Shown: positions 28,659-38,370, numbered from the stretch's first letter. The stretch is 39,728 bases of DNA from a candidate division WOR-3 bacterium (GCA_965648915.1 CBFGIV010000019.1:1-39728); one strand, 5' to 3'. Notes: generated by a model from the letters alone, not told the origin. Translations and numbers: made by a program.

Positions 28659-30053
28659 ATGTCATCGAAAATCATCCTTCTTTTAACCCTTATTATCGGT
28701 CTTACTTTTACCCAGATAGATATTGAAAAACCACAAACCTCAGTTGTCCAGTCCCCCCGTTCGCCTGAAACTGGCGAAAAGATTGTTCCGGAGAGGATAA
28801 GATTCAGTTCAGGCCGTTCGGGCTGGAAACTGACCATCCCCGGTAACCGTCCCCTGGCAACTGTTGCTTATGAAGATGGTCTAATCTTTGTCGGCGGTGG
28901 TTATGGTAGTTACGAATTTTATGCCATTGAGGCCAAAACCGGCAAGATCGTCTGGATGTTCAAAGCCGGTGATGACGGGCCAACCGCTGCCGTGGTAAGG
29001 AGGGGTTATGTGGTATTTAATACTGAATCCTGTATCATCTATGTCTTGAAATCAAAGACCGGCGAAAAAGTCTGGGAGAAGTGGCTGGGTGATCCATTGA
29101 TGAGTCAGCCCGCCGCCGACGACGAAAATGTTTATATGGCCTATCCGGGCAGTGATGGAACCCATCATCTTGCCTGTATGAAGATCGCATCAGGTAAAGA
29201 GGTCTGGGATGTCAAGATTGCCGGAGATTTAATCTCGGCCCCGATTATCGACAAGGGATCGGTCTATATCACCTGTTTTGACGGCACGGTCTACCGCTAT
29301 GCCAAAGAGACGGGCAAGTTGATCTGGTCAGATAAGAAACTGGCAACCAGTGCACCAACTATCTACGAAGACCGGGTATTTGTGAGCCTGCGCCAAGAGG
29401 TAAGAGTGGACAAAGATAAGGTAAAACAGTTTGAAGGTCTGGCGACTCTTGACAACGCTTCAGGCCGACAACAGCATAAAGACCTCTGGGTAAAACGGGA
29501 AGCTCCATACCTTGTCTACGGCCGGCGTACAGCCAAGACCGGTGTCCAGGCCGAACTTGATGCCAATGTTGGTTTTGGATCAGCACCAGGCACGGCCAAG
29601 ATCGATCAGGCTAAAGAAAATGTTGGTCAGGCCTCGGTTGCCGGGTGCTGGGCATACCAGGGTTCAAGGCCGGTCGTTAAGAATGACCGTGCCTACAACG
29701 CAATGGGTGATGAGATTCAATGTGTCGATGCCCGAACCGGAAAGAAGATCTGGTCAAACCGATATAATATCAAGGAAGAGGGCATCGGCGGCCGGTTCTT
29801 TGCGCCACCAGCCTGGGCCAACAACAAATTATTCTTCGGCTCGGGTGATGGTGAGGTTTATTGCATCCGTGAGCATGATGGTAAACTTTTGTGAACAGAA
29901 AAGGTTGAAGGATCAATCAGTTTCCAGCCGGCAGTTGCTCAGGGGATGGTCTTTGTCTCCTGCGACAATGGCAATCTCTACTGCATCAATACCTGTGATG
30001 TCCGCGACGACGGCTGGTATATGTGGGGCGGCAATTCTGAGCATAACAAATAA
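28659..30053 (+). CDS. Exported PQQ/BamB-like beta-propeller protein interrupted by an in-frame TGA at 29892-29894 (nonsense allele, read-through or base-call error)
   Basis: ATG 28659 with AAGGAG SD and signal peptide; G-x-x-x-W blade repeats; frame stays open 52 codons past the TGA (TEKVEGSISFQPAVAQGMVFVSCDNGNLYCIN...WYMWGGNSEHNK) to TAA 30051-30053. Confidence 0.82.
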
Positions 30054-30080
30054 TTACAACCGGCCAGAGCCAGAAGCGAC

Positions 30081-30106
30081 CAGGGGCAGTTTACGAACTG
30101 CCCCTG
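30081..30106. terminator. GC-rich hairpin (terminator or REP-like)
   Basis: CAGGGGCAGTT-tacg-AACTGCCCCTG 11-bp perfect stem, 27 nt after the extended ORF stop. Confidence 0.6.
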
Positions 30107-30153
30107 CTAAATTTATGCCCTTAAAAATTATTCAATTCGGATCGAAAATACAA

Positions 30154-30182
30154 TTGACGAAACGGGCTTTTTCGATTATGAT
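30154..30182 (+). promoter_or_regulatory. sigma70-like promoter of the divIVA-polA operon
   Basis: TTGACG-N17-TATGAT. Confidence 0.55.
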
Positions 30183-30253
30183 AACTTTGTAGATCTGTTC
30201 GGTAAAAGATTAAACAATTTTTAATCGAATCCTTCGGTATTTAAGGAGCAGGT

Positions 30254-30709
30254 ATGCCAATAACACCATTAGAAATAAGAAAGCAGGAATTTAAGAAGTC
30301 CTTTCGGGGATTTGACATCCACGAGGTAAGAACCTTCTTAGAGATGGTGGCCAGTGAATTTGAAAATCTCTTGCGGGAAAATGCCACTCTTTCAGAGAGA
30401 AATAAAGACCTTGATGCCAAGATCGAAGACTATCGAAGGATGGAAAGGATTCTTCAAGAGACATTGACCACGACACAGAAGACTGCGGATGAATTGAAAG
30501 AGAATTCAAGAAGGGAGGCAAATCTGTTGATCGAAAATGCAAAACTTGAGGCGGCCAAGATCTTAAAGCAGGCCAATGCCGAACTCGCCAAAATCAAGGA
30601 AGAGATCTCAATGATTGAGCATCAGCGACTTCTCTTATCTTCGGAATTCAGAGGACTGCTCGAATCTTATTCTCGACTCTTGGAACGACTGGAAAAGAAA
30701 GGCACATAA
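30254..30709 (+). CDS. divIVA: DivIVA-domain coiled-coil protein
   Basis: ITPLEIRKQEFKKSFRGFD..EV..FL N-terminal signature followed by coiled coil. Confidence 0.88.
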   Translation: MPITPLEIRKQEFKKSFRGFDIHEVRTFLEMVASEFENLLRENATLSERNKDLDAKIEDYRRMERILQETLTTTQKTADELKENSRREANLLIENAKLEAAKILKQANAELAKIKEEISMIEHQRLLLSSEFRGLLESYSRLLERLEKKGT

Positions 30710-31536
30710 TGGAGAATTTAAAGAAAAGAATCAGGGAGAGTATTGACTACATAAAGCAGCAGACTGATTTTACCCCCCAGATCGGGATTATTCTCGGGAC
30801 CGGATTGGGTCGACTGGTCGATGAAATCAAGGTTAAAATCTCTATTCCCTATGACAAGATTCCCCATTTCCCGATCTCAACGGTTGAGAGTCACAAAGGC
30901 CGTTTAATCTTTGGAACCATATCCGGACGAAAGATTGTTGCGATGCAGGGTCGATTTCACTATTATGAAGGCTATTCTGCGAAGGAAATTACCCACCCGG
31001 TCCGGGTAATGAAATTCTTAGGCATAAAACTCCTGATCGTCTCAAATGCCTGCGGCGGCCTGAACCCTCAATTTTCCGCCGGTGACTTGATGATCATTAC
31101 CGACCACATAAATCTATTGCCTGAAAACCCATTACGGGGGCCAAATGATGAATCGATCGGACCGAGATTCCCTGATATGTATAACTGCTATGACCGGGAA
31201 ATTATCAGACTCGCCGAAAAGGTTAGCCTTGAGGAGAAAATCCCGGTTAAGAAAGGGGTCTATGTAGCTCTTCAGGGGCCAAATCTTGAAACCGCTGCCG
31301 AATACCGATTTTTGAGGATTATCGGTGGGGATGTGGTCGGGATGTCCACGGTCCCTGAGGTGATCGTTGCCCGGCACATGGGAGTGAAGGTCCTGGGGAT
31401 TTCAGTGGTGACCGATATGGGCCTGCCCGATGCCTTAAAACCGACCGATCTTAAGGAAATAATCATCACCGCAAATAAGGCCGAGCCAAAGTTGACCAGG
31501 TTGATTAAGGGGGTAATTGAGAAGATCTCCTTATGA
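30709..31536 (+). CDS. punA: Purine nucleoside phosphorylase (trimeric PNP-I type)
   Basis: ILGTGLG, QGRFHYYEG, NACGG, DHIN, GPNLET.AE, VGMSTVPE. Confidence 0.92.
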   Translation: MENLKKRIRESIDYIKQQTDFTPQIGIILGTGLGRLVDEIKVKISIPYDKIPHFPISTVESHKGRLIFGTISGRKIVAMQGRFHYYEGYSAKEITHPVRVMKFLGIKLLIVSNACGGLNPQFSAGDLMIITDHINLLPENPLRGPNDESIGPRFPDMYNCYDREIIRLAEKVSLEEKIPVKKGVYVALQGPNLETAAEYRFLRIIGGDVVGMSTVPEVIVARHMGVKVLGISVVTDMGLPDALKPTDLKEIIITANKAEPKLTRLIKGVIEKISL

Positions 31537-32408
31537 AGCGGTTGTTTCTCTTTCTTGTCCTTCTTGCCTGTGATAGTCGTGATTACCGGATCAGTCGGGC
31601 CCGGGAATTTATGCAGAACTGGAATTATGATCGAGCAATGATGGAACTCGGACGGATTAAGAATAATAAAGATGCCGAGGCAAACTTCCTACTTGGCCAG
31701 TGTTACCTGGGCAAAAATAACTACGATGAGGCCTACAACAGTTTTCGCCAGGCTGCTCAACTGGATACAACCTATATCGATAGCATCTGTGCTATTTATA
31801 AGAACCTGATCCAGAAGGCACTTAAAATAGATAATACTGAACGGGCGGTCTTTTATTATGACCAGATAATTACCATCTCCCCCCATATCTATTTTGAACC
31901 AACCTTCCTCTTCTTGATCGGCGACATCTACTTCTCCAGTCAGAACTATGCCCGGGCGGCCCAGGCTTATGAACAAGGTTTAAAACTTGACTCCTTATCA
32001 CCCGGTGCCCGGAACATCATCCCGAAACTTATTGAATCCTATGAGAAGTCAAATAACCTGCGAAAGGCAATTCCATTGATTGAGGCCCGCTATCAGAAAA
32101 CCAAGAGCAGCATCTACCTCATCACCCTCGGCAAATATTATTTTCAATTTGCTATAAATAGTTTTAACAATCATCACCACGATACCGCCCAGATCTACCT
32201 GGAAAAGGTCATAAATTCTAATACACCTCAATCGCTGGTTGATGACGCCTACTTCTACATTGGGGAGATCAAGTATGCGGCGGGTAGATATAGTGAGGCA
32301 AAAGAATTTTACGAAAAGGTAATCCGTCTCAACCCTTACCTTAAGGGAGAGATTGTTGAAAAGGCAAAAGCCCGTTTGAAAGAGATTGAAGGAAAAGGTG
32401 AAAAATAG
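31533..32408 (+). CDS. TPR-repeat lipoprotein
   Basis: Lipobox LLAC at residues 10-13; several TPR helical pairs (A.F.LG..Y, A...YE..I). Confidence 0.8.
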   Translation: MKRLFLFLVLLACDSRDYRISRAREFMQNWNYDRAMMELGRIKNNKDAEANFLLGQCYLGKNNYDEAYNSFRQAAQLDTTYIDSICAIYKNLIQKALKIDNTERAVFYYDQIITISPHIYFEPTFLFLIGDIYFSSQNYARAAQAYEQGLKLDSLSPGARNIIPKLIESYEKSNNLRKAIPLIEARYQKTKSSIYLITLGKYYFQFAINSFNNHHHDTAQIYLEKVINSNTPQSLVDDAYFYIGEIKYAAGRYSEAKEFYEKVIRLNPYLKGEIVEKAKARLKEIEGKGEK

Positions 32409-33132
32409 TAAAATCCTGTTCTTACTCTTTTTCTGCTTAATATCCTGTAGCAAAGGCATCCGCCCGGCCCTCGATGCTGAAGATGAGTATCAGCGGGCAA
32501 TGGATTTCTACCAGAAGAAGGATTATAAGCATGCGCTCGATGGGTTTCAGAGGATAATATTTACTTATCCCGGCTCTGAATATGCCGATGACGCACAATT
32601 CTATCTTGCCCGATCCTATTTTCAAACCAAAGACTATCTCCAGGCCGCAATGGAGTTTGAATTTCTAATTAAAAACTTTGCCCACAGTCCATACCAAGAA
32701 GAGGCTGCGCTGCTCCAGGCAGTATCATACTTCAAACGCACCCCTTCCTATTATCGTGACCAGACGATGACGAGAAAGGCTCTGGAATTAATCGAAGATT
32801 TCTTAAAAAATTATCCCCAGACCAGATTTGAAAAAGAGGCCCGCCAGACCTTGCTTGAATGCCGGGAGAAACTTGCGCGCAAGGAGTTAGAGAACGGGAA
32901 GTTTTATCTGAAAATTAAAGAATACGCTTCAGCCGAAATTTACTTCCGGTCGGTCATTGATAATTATCCTGAGGTCACCTGTGTCCGGGAGGCAAAGTTC
33001 TGGCTGGGTGAATCGCTTTACCGGCGCGGCCGGCTTGATGAAGCCCGGGATATCTATCAAGAGATATTAAATGGGAAAGATCAGTGGCAGAAAAAGGCGC
33101 AGGATCGATTGGTCCGATTCGAGAAAAAATAG
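32398..33132 (+). CDS. bamD: Outer-membrane protein assembly factor BamD-like lipoprotein
   Basis: Lipobox LISC; YPGS.YA..AQF.LA..Y, RDQT.T..A, LA.KE...G.FY; start GTG 32398 or TTG 32386. Confidence 0.85.
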   Translation: MKNSKILFLLFFCLISCSKGIRPALDAEDEYQRAMDFYQKKDYKHALDGFQRIIFTYPGSEYADDAQFYLARSYFQTKDYLQAAMEFEFLIKNFAHSPYQEEAALLQAVSYFKRTPSYYRDQTMTRKALELIEDFLKNYPQTRFEKEARQTLLECREKLARKELENGKFYLKIKEYASAEIYFRSVIDNYPEVTCVREAKFWLGESLYRRGRLDEARDIYQEILNGKDQWQKKAQDRLVRFEKK

Positions 33133-33697
33133 AATCGGCATTTTCGGTGGTTCCTTCAATCCGATTCATACCGGTCATCTCACCATTGCAGATAAGGTGG
33201 CAAAAGAATTTGGCCTTAAGAAAGTAATCTTTATCCCCACCTTCCTGCCCCCACACAAAGAGACCAAATTACCATTCCCCCTGCGCTATAAAATGGTAAA
33301 ACTGGCAATCCGTGGCCGTCGAAATTTTAAGGTCAGCACCATTGAAAAAAATCTTGCCGGGCTATCGTATACCATTAAGACAATTCGCCATTTCAAGAAG
33401 ATCTATAAAAAGGCCGAACTCTTTCTCATCATCGGCAGTGACCAATTTGCTGAGATCAATACCTGGTTCAAGCCCCATGCCATATTTAAAGAGTGCCGGG
33501 TAATTGTTGTTCCGCGACCCGGCTACAGGGTCTCTGCCCGTATGCCCTATTTCAAAGACATCCTCATCGCCCGGATCCATCCTCTGAAGATATCTTCCAG
33601 CGAGATCCGTCAGCGGATTAAAGAGGGGAGACGGTTCCACCACTTAGTACCCAGACCGGTATATCTTCTGATTAAAGAAAGAAACCTTTATCAATAG
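33071..33697 (+). CDS. nadD: Nicotinate-nucleotide adenylyltransferase
   Basis: GIFGGSFNPIHTGH, PPHK, SYT..T, IIGSD, ISSSEIR. Confidence 0.93.
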   Translation: MGKISGRKRRRIDWSDSRKNRIGIFGGSFNPIHTGHLTIADKVAKEFGLKKVIFIPTFLPPHKETKLPFPLRYKMVKLAIRGRRNFKVSTIEKNLAGLSYTIKTIRHFKKIYKKAELFLIIGSDQFAEINTWFKPHAIFKECRVIVVPRPGYRVSARMPYFKDILIARIHPLKISSSEIRQRIKEGRRFHHLVPRPVYLLIKERNLYQ

Positions 33698-33698
33698 A

Positions 33699-36179
33699 AT
33701 GAAAAAGTTCTACTTCATTGATGGCCATTCGGTCATCTTCCGTTCATTTTATGCCTTCATCCGGAATCCCCTGCGTAATTCTCAGGGGATGAACACCTCA
33801 GCCGTCTTTGGTTTTCTCAACACCATTTTGCGGTTAAAGAAAAAATTTGAACCTCACTATCTGGCCGTTGCTTTTGATACCGGTGGTGAGACCTTTCGGG
33901 ACAGGGAGTTTAAAGAATACAAAGCGACCCGACCTGAGGTGCCGAATGAGCTCCCTCCTCAAATACCGGTCATCCATAAACTGGCTTCAATTTTGGGTAT
34001 ACCCTGTATTGAAAAAGAAGGGTTTGAAGCCGATGATGTCCTGGCCAGTCTGGCGCAAAAATTTAAAAACCAGGGTGAGGTCTATATCATCACCTCGGAT
34101 AAAGACCTCCTCCAGCTGGTGGGTGGCAACATCTATGTCTACGATCCCTATAAAGATTTGATCTATGACCGGGAAAAAGTTAGAGAGCGCTTTGGTATTG
34201 AACCAGAACAGATTGTCGATATCCTTGCCTTAGCCGGTGATGTCTCGGACAATGTCCCGGGTGTTCCCGGGATCGGCGAGAAACGAGCAGTCGAGATTAT
34301 CAAGAAGTTCTCAACGGTTGAGAATGCAATCGATAAGGATGCAAGACTCAAACCTCATAAAAAAAATCTTGCGCTCTATAAGAAACTTTTGCAACTGGTT
34401 ACTGACCTTGATTTCAAATTGACCGACCACGATATTAAATTGAAAGAGATCGATTATCCAGAATTACTGAAGATATTAAAAGACCTCGAATTCTTTTCAC
34501 TCATCAAGGAGTTTTCGCCCCCGGTGGAAGAGCAGGCAGTCTATAAGAACCTGGAGTCATTAGACGATTTAAAGATAAAAAATTGTCTGAGCATATTTTT
34601 CGACCAGACCATGCTGGGAGGCAGTTTTTATATATCCTCAAAATCGAAAACAGCGTTCAGTCTCAGTGAACAGCAGGTTAGGGGGCTGCAATCTGTGCTG
34701 GAGCAGGCCGGAATCGAAAAGATCGGCTTTGACTTAAAAAAGACCCTCCATGAATTACATAAACGGAGGATCGATATCGCACCGCCCATATTTGATATCG
34801 GGGTTGCGGCCTGGCTCATTGACCCGAATCGGAAATCCTATTCGGTTGAAGACTTATCTCTACAATACTTAAATCGGGTGATCGCGCCCAATAACCCCTA
34901 CCTGATCTCTGATCTTGCCCTCCAGCTCAAGCCTGTTTTAATGAAAAGACTTGAAGAACTCGAGCTCGTTAAACTATTCAGTGAAATGGAGATGGAATTA
35001 CTCTTTGTTCTTACTGATATGGAAGAAAGGGGGATAAAACTCGACATCCCCTATTTTAAGAAACTGCAGAATGAACTGGAAAAAGATTTGAGCCATACTG
35101 AATCGGTTATTTATCAAAAGGTTGGTCGAAATTTTAATCTTAACTCACCCAAGCAACTGAGCCAGGTCCTCTTTGAGGACCTGAAATTGAAACCAAAGAA
35201 AAGACGCAAAACCCATTACTCAACCAGTTACGAGGTCCTGGTCGAGTTGGCCCAGACACACGATGTGCCCAGAGAGATGCTTAAGTATCGGGAACTTGCT
35301 AAACTAAAATCCACTTATGTCGACCCGCTCATCAACCTGACTGTAGATTCAAGACTCCATACAAGCTTTAATCAAACGGGAACCGCCACCGGTCGACTCT
35401 CCTCTTCCAATCCAAATATCCAGAATATCCCGATCAGGACCGATCTGGGCAAAAGGATTCGCGCGGGCTTTGTTGTCGAAAAGGGCTTTAAGTTGATCTC
35501 GGCTGATTACTCCCAGATTGAACTGAGGATCTTAGCCTCTTTAAGCGGAGATCAAAGACTGATTGAAGCCTTCCGCAGTGGTGAGGATATCCATACCCAG
35601 ACTGCCTGCCGGATCTTTAATTTAAAGCCAGACAAAGTCTCCCCTTTCCACCGTCGGATAGCCAAAGTTGTCAATTACGGTATTATTTATGGAATGAGCG
35701 AGTATGGACTGGCTCAAGAGTTAGAAATTCCTCAGGCCGAGGCCCAGGCCTTTATCGAGAATTATAAATCTATCTATCCCGGAGTACAGGAATGGATTGA
35801 GCAGGCAATTACATCAGCGACCGAGAAGGGTTATGCCGAGACCCTCTTCAAGCGAAAAAGGCCCTTACCCGATTTAAGATCCCAGAACCGGGCCCTGGTT
35901 GAATTTTCCAGAAGAGCGGCAATTAATACCCCGATTCAGGGGACAGCAGCTGATATTATTAAATTGGCGATGATCAAGATTTATAAGTTGCTTAAAGAGA
36001 AGAAATTTAAGGGCGGACTCTTACTCCAGATTCATGATGAACTGCTCTTCGAGATCGAAGAGAATCGAATTGATGAAGCAAAACACTTGATCAAAGAGGC
36101 GATGGAAAAGGTGGTGGACTTGAAGGCTCCGGTTGAAGTCTCAATTGGTGTCGGGCAGAACTGGTCCGAAGCCCATTAA
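33699..36179 (+). CDS. polA: DNA polymerase I
   Basis: 5'-3' exonuclease IDG..FR..Y, EADD, DKD, GD.SDN.PG; motifs ADYSQIELR, RRIAKVVNYGIIYG, QIHDEL. Confidence 0.97.
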   Translation: MKKFYFIDGHSVIFRSFYAFIRNPLRNSQGMNTSAVFGFLNTILRLKKKFEPHYLAVAFDTGGETFRDREFKEYKATRPEVPNELPPQIPVIHKLASILGIPCIEKEGFEADDVLASLAQKFKNQGEVYIITSDKDLLQLVGGNIYVYDPYKDLIYDREKVRERFGIEPEQIVDILALAGDVSDNVPGVPGIGEKRAVEIIKKFSTVENAIDKDARLKPHKKNLALYKKLLQLVTDLDFKLTDHDIKLKEIDYPELLKILKDLEFFSLIKEFSPPVEEQAVYKNLESLDDLKIKNCLSIFFDQTMLGGSFYISSKSKTAFSLSEQQVRGLQSVLEQAGIEKIGFDLKKTLHELHKRRIDIAPPIFDIGVAAWLIDPNRKSYSVEDLSLQYLNRVIAPNNPYLISDLALQLKPVLMKRLEELELVKLFSEMEMELLFVLTDMEERGIKLDIPYFKKLQNELEKDLSHTESVIYQKVGRNFNLNSPKQLSQVLFEDLKLKPKKRRKTHYSTSYEVLVELAQTHDVPREMLKYRELAKLKSTYVDPLINLTVDSRLHTSFNQTGTATGRLSSSNPNIQNIPIRTDLGKRIRAGFVVEKGFKLISADYSQIELRILASLSGDQRLIEAFRSGEDIHTQTACRIFNLKPDKVSPFHRRIAKVVNYGIIYGMSEYGLAQELEIPQAEAQAFIENYKSIYPGVQEWIEQAITSATEKGYAETLFKRKRPLPDLRSQNRALVEFSRRAAINTPIQGTAADIIKLAMIKIYKLLKEKKFKGGLLLQIHDELLFEIEENRIDEAKHLIKEAMEKVVDLKAPVEVSIGVGQNWSEAH

Positions 36180-37468
36180 ACGCCTTGTTTACCCTCTCTT
36201 TTTCTGAATCTTAATTTGGTTGTCAAAATCCGATCGGTCTGAAAGATCCGGGCGGCAATGTAAATCGTAATGCAGGAAAATATCGCCATATAGATAAATC
36301 CAGAGATAATTATTCCGTAGTTACCGAAGATTATTGCCTTGGGGGTAAGAAATGGATAAGAGAAGGGGATGAGATAGACAACTATCTTTACAAACATAGA
36401 GGCCGTTTCAATATCAAAGAGCAATGTAAAAAAATAAGGGACAAGACAGAGGACCATTAGCGGAGTCAGTGCCGCCTGAGCGGTCTTGGCATCTTCGGTA
36501 AAGATAGCAAGCAGAGTCGAAAGCGAGAGGGCACAAAGGATGGCAAGAAAGAGGGAAATGGTAATCAAAAGAATTGAATCGGGCCTCAGCCCCAGGCCTA
36601 ACTTATCTATCAAACTGAGGTCAATCTTACCCGCGGCCTCGGGTATATCGCTAAAACCGCGCATATAATAGCCAAAGGCAACAAGAAAGAGCGTGGTAAT
36701 TATCAAGGCAACCGCCACCGCACCTAACATCTTCCCGACCACAATATAAATCCGGTTTATCGGGACTGTGAGCAGGGTCTCTAAGGTCTTATTCTCCTTC
36801 TCCTGACCGATCGATGCTGCGATCAACTGGCTGACATAGATAATGGTCATCAGAAGGATTATCGGGACCATAAATATCTGAGAGATGACCAGCCCTTGCA
36901 GCATCTGGGGATTACCTTCAGCAATGCGGTCTTTCAGCATCACATACTCTCGGACTTTTATTGGAAGAATGATATTTTCCGGCTTTATCTCAGGATTAAA
37001 CTTTGCAATATGCGTTTCAGCAAAACGGCTATTAATCTCCTGCAAAACCGTCTTTATCTTTACTGTCTTCATCGCCTGGGTTGCCGAGAATCCTCGGATC
37101 AGATTGTAGATTTCGATCGTTCCGGTCTGGAAATTCTCTATCGTCTGAGATAGACCTTCTGGAATTACCAGAACCAGCGGAATCTCCTCAGATTTAGCAA
37201 TGGTCAGGGCATCTTCCTTTTCTGCGTTGCTTTCACTAACGATAAAATTCTGACTTTTTAATATTTCAATAATTGTCCGGGCCGGGGCAGATCGGTCATT
37301 ATTTACCACCATAATCCTCTGGGGCGCCTTTGCCTTTTCTCTTTCACCTCTCGTTGCCCGGCCGATAAAGATAAAGATAATCATAATCGCTATAAATGGG
37401 GCCAGTAACTGGAGGGTAAGAAATTCTTTTACCTCTTTAACGATAATGTTTATTATAAATCTCATCAT
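36176..37468 (-). CDS. ABC-2 type exporter permease (NatB-like)
   Basis: N-terminal TM, large extracytoplasmic loop, EKENKTLETLLTVP..GK motif, further TMs. Confidence 0.88.
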   Translation of the reverse strand: MMRFIINIIVKEVKEFLTLQLLAPFIAIMIIFIFIGRATRGEREKAKAPQRIMVVNNDRSAPARTIIEILKSQNFIVSESNAEKEDALTIAKSEEIPLVLVIPEGLSQTIENFQTGTIEIYNLIRGFSATQAMKTVKIKTVLQEINSRFAETHIAKFNPEIKPENIILPIKVREYVMLKDRIAEGNPQMLQGLVISQIFMVPIILLMTIIYVSQLIAASIGQEKENKTLETLLTVPINRIYIVVGKMLGAVAVALIITTLFLVAFGYYMRGFSDIPEAAGKIDLSLIDKLGLGLRPDSILLITISLFLAILCALSLSTLLAIFTEDAKTAQAALTPLMVLCLVPYFFTLLFDIETASMFVKIVVYLIPFSYPFLTPKAIIFGNYGIIISGFIYMAIFSCITIYIAARIFQTDRILTTKLRFRKREGKQGV

Positions 37469-38184
37469 TCGATTTTTATGAAAACCTCTTCAAGGTTTCG
37501 GGCGCTGTACTTCTGTTTCAACTCTTCAGGGGTCCCGGTCTCTTTTATTATGCCGTCTTTTATCAGGGCAACCCGCTCGGAAAGCAATTCAATCTCAAGC
37601 ATATTGTGAGAAGAAAGCAGAACAGTTGTCCCCTGCCGGGCAAAATCTTTTATCCGTTCCCTGATCTCAAGCGAATTAGCCACATCAAGGCCTGAAGTGG
37701 GCTCATCGAGAATAGCAAGCCTGGGTCTGACCATTAATGCCCGGGCCAGTAACAATTTCCTCGCCATCCCTTTACTGTAGGTCTTGACCTTATCATTGAG
37801 CCTCTCCTTGATCCCGGCGATCTCGATACCCAGATTGACAATTTCGTCCCGTTGATGATCATCGGTTGAATAGAAGGTCGCCATAAATTTCAGATAATCT
37901 ATACCGGTAAGGTTCTTATAAAGACCCGCCTCTTCTGGTAGATAACTGATCAATCTCCTTACCTCCTCGGGTCGCTTCGCAACATCATGTCCAAAGACGT
38001 GAACCAGGCCTGAGGTCGGTTTGAGTAAAGTGGCGACTATTCTCAGGGTCGTGGTCTTGCCCGATGCATTAGGTCCGATCAGGCCGAAGATCTCATTCTC
38101 ATTGATGTTGAAGGATACCCCTTTCAGGGCCTGGAGTGAGCCATAATTTCGTTTCAGGTCTTTAATCTCAACTGCCAATTCCAT
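37465..38184 (-). CDS. ABC exporter ATP-binding subunit (NatA-like)
   Basis: Walker A GPNASGKTT, signature YSKGM, Walker B ILDEP, SSH switch. Confidence 0.92.
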   Translation of the reverse strand: MELAVEIKDLKRNYGSLQALKGVSFNINENEIFGLIGPNASGKTTTLRIVATLLKPTSGLVHVFGHDVAKRPEEVRRLISYLPEEAGLYKNLTGIDYLKFMATFYSTDDHQRDEIVNLGIEIAGIKERLNDKVKTYSKGMARKLLLARALMVRPRLAILDEPTSGLDVANSLEIRERIKDFARQGTTVLLSSHNMLEIELLSERVALIKDGIIKETGTPEELKQKYSARNLEEVFIKIE

Positions 38185-38189
38185 ATAGG

Positions 38190-38217
38190 ATTATATCAGG
38201 ATTGCATAAAAAATCAA
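38190..38217 (-). promoter_or_regulatory. sigma70-like leaderless promoter of the ABC operon
   Basis: TTGATT-N16-TATAAT, 5 nt before ATG 38184. Confidence 0.68.
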
Positions 38218-38342
38218 CAGATTTCCTTTGATCTAAATAAGTGATGGAATTCAATTCCCAGGAGATACTTAATTTTTAAGGTAAATTTTCAATTCTGATA
38301 TAAGTAAAAACACTATATTAAAGAAATAAGTAGTTTTACCTA

Positions 38343-38370
38343 TTGACAGAATTTTATAAATGAGTAAAAT
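38343..38370 (+). promoter_or_regulatory. sigma70-like promoter about 310 nt upstream of the sigma54 activator
   Basis: TTGACA-N16-TAAAAT. Confidence 0.6.

Noticed and set aside
29892..29894. Genome-wide UGA=Trp or UGA=Gly code
   Set aside because: TGA ends several genes at their expected lengths (korB, M6, arsR, PNP), and no other conserved gene here has an internal TGA
29512..30192. 226-aa alternate-frame ORF as a frameshifted continuation of the propeller gene
   Set aside because: The propeller pattern continues in the original frame past the TGA; this ORF has no recognisable motifs
30254..36179. DivIVA in a diderm and a PolA lacking evident proofreading motifs as novelties
   Set aside because: Both are known in many lineages; this looks like an ordinary housekeeping operon
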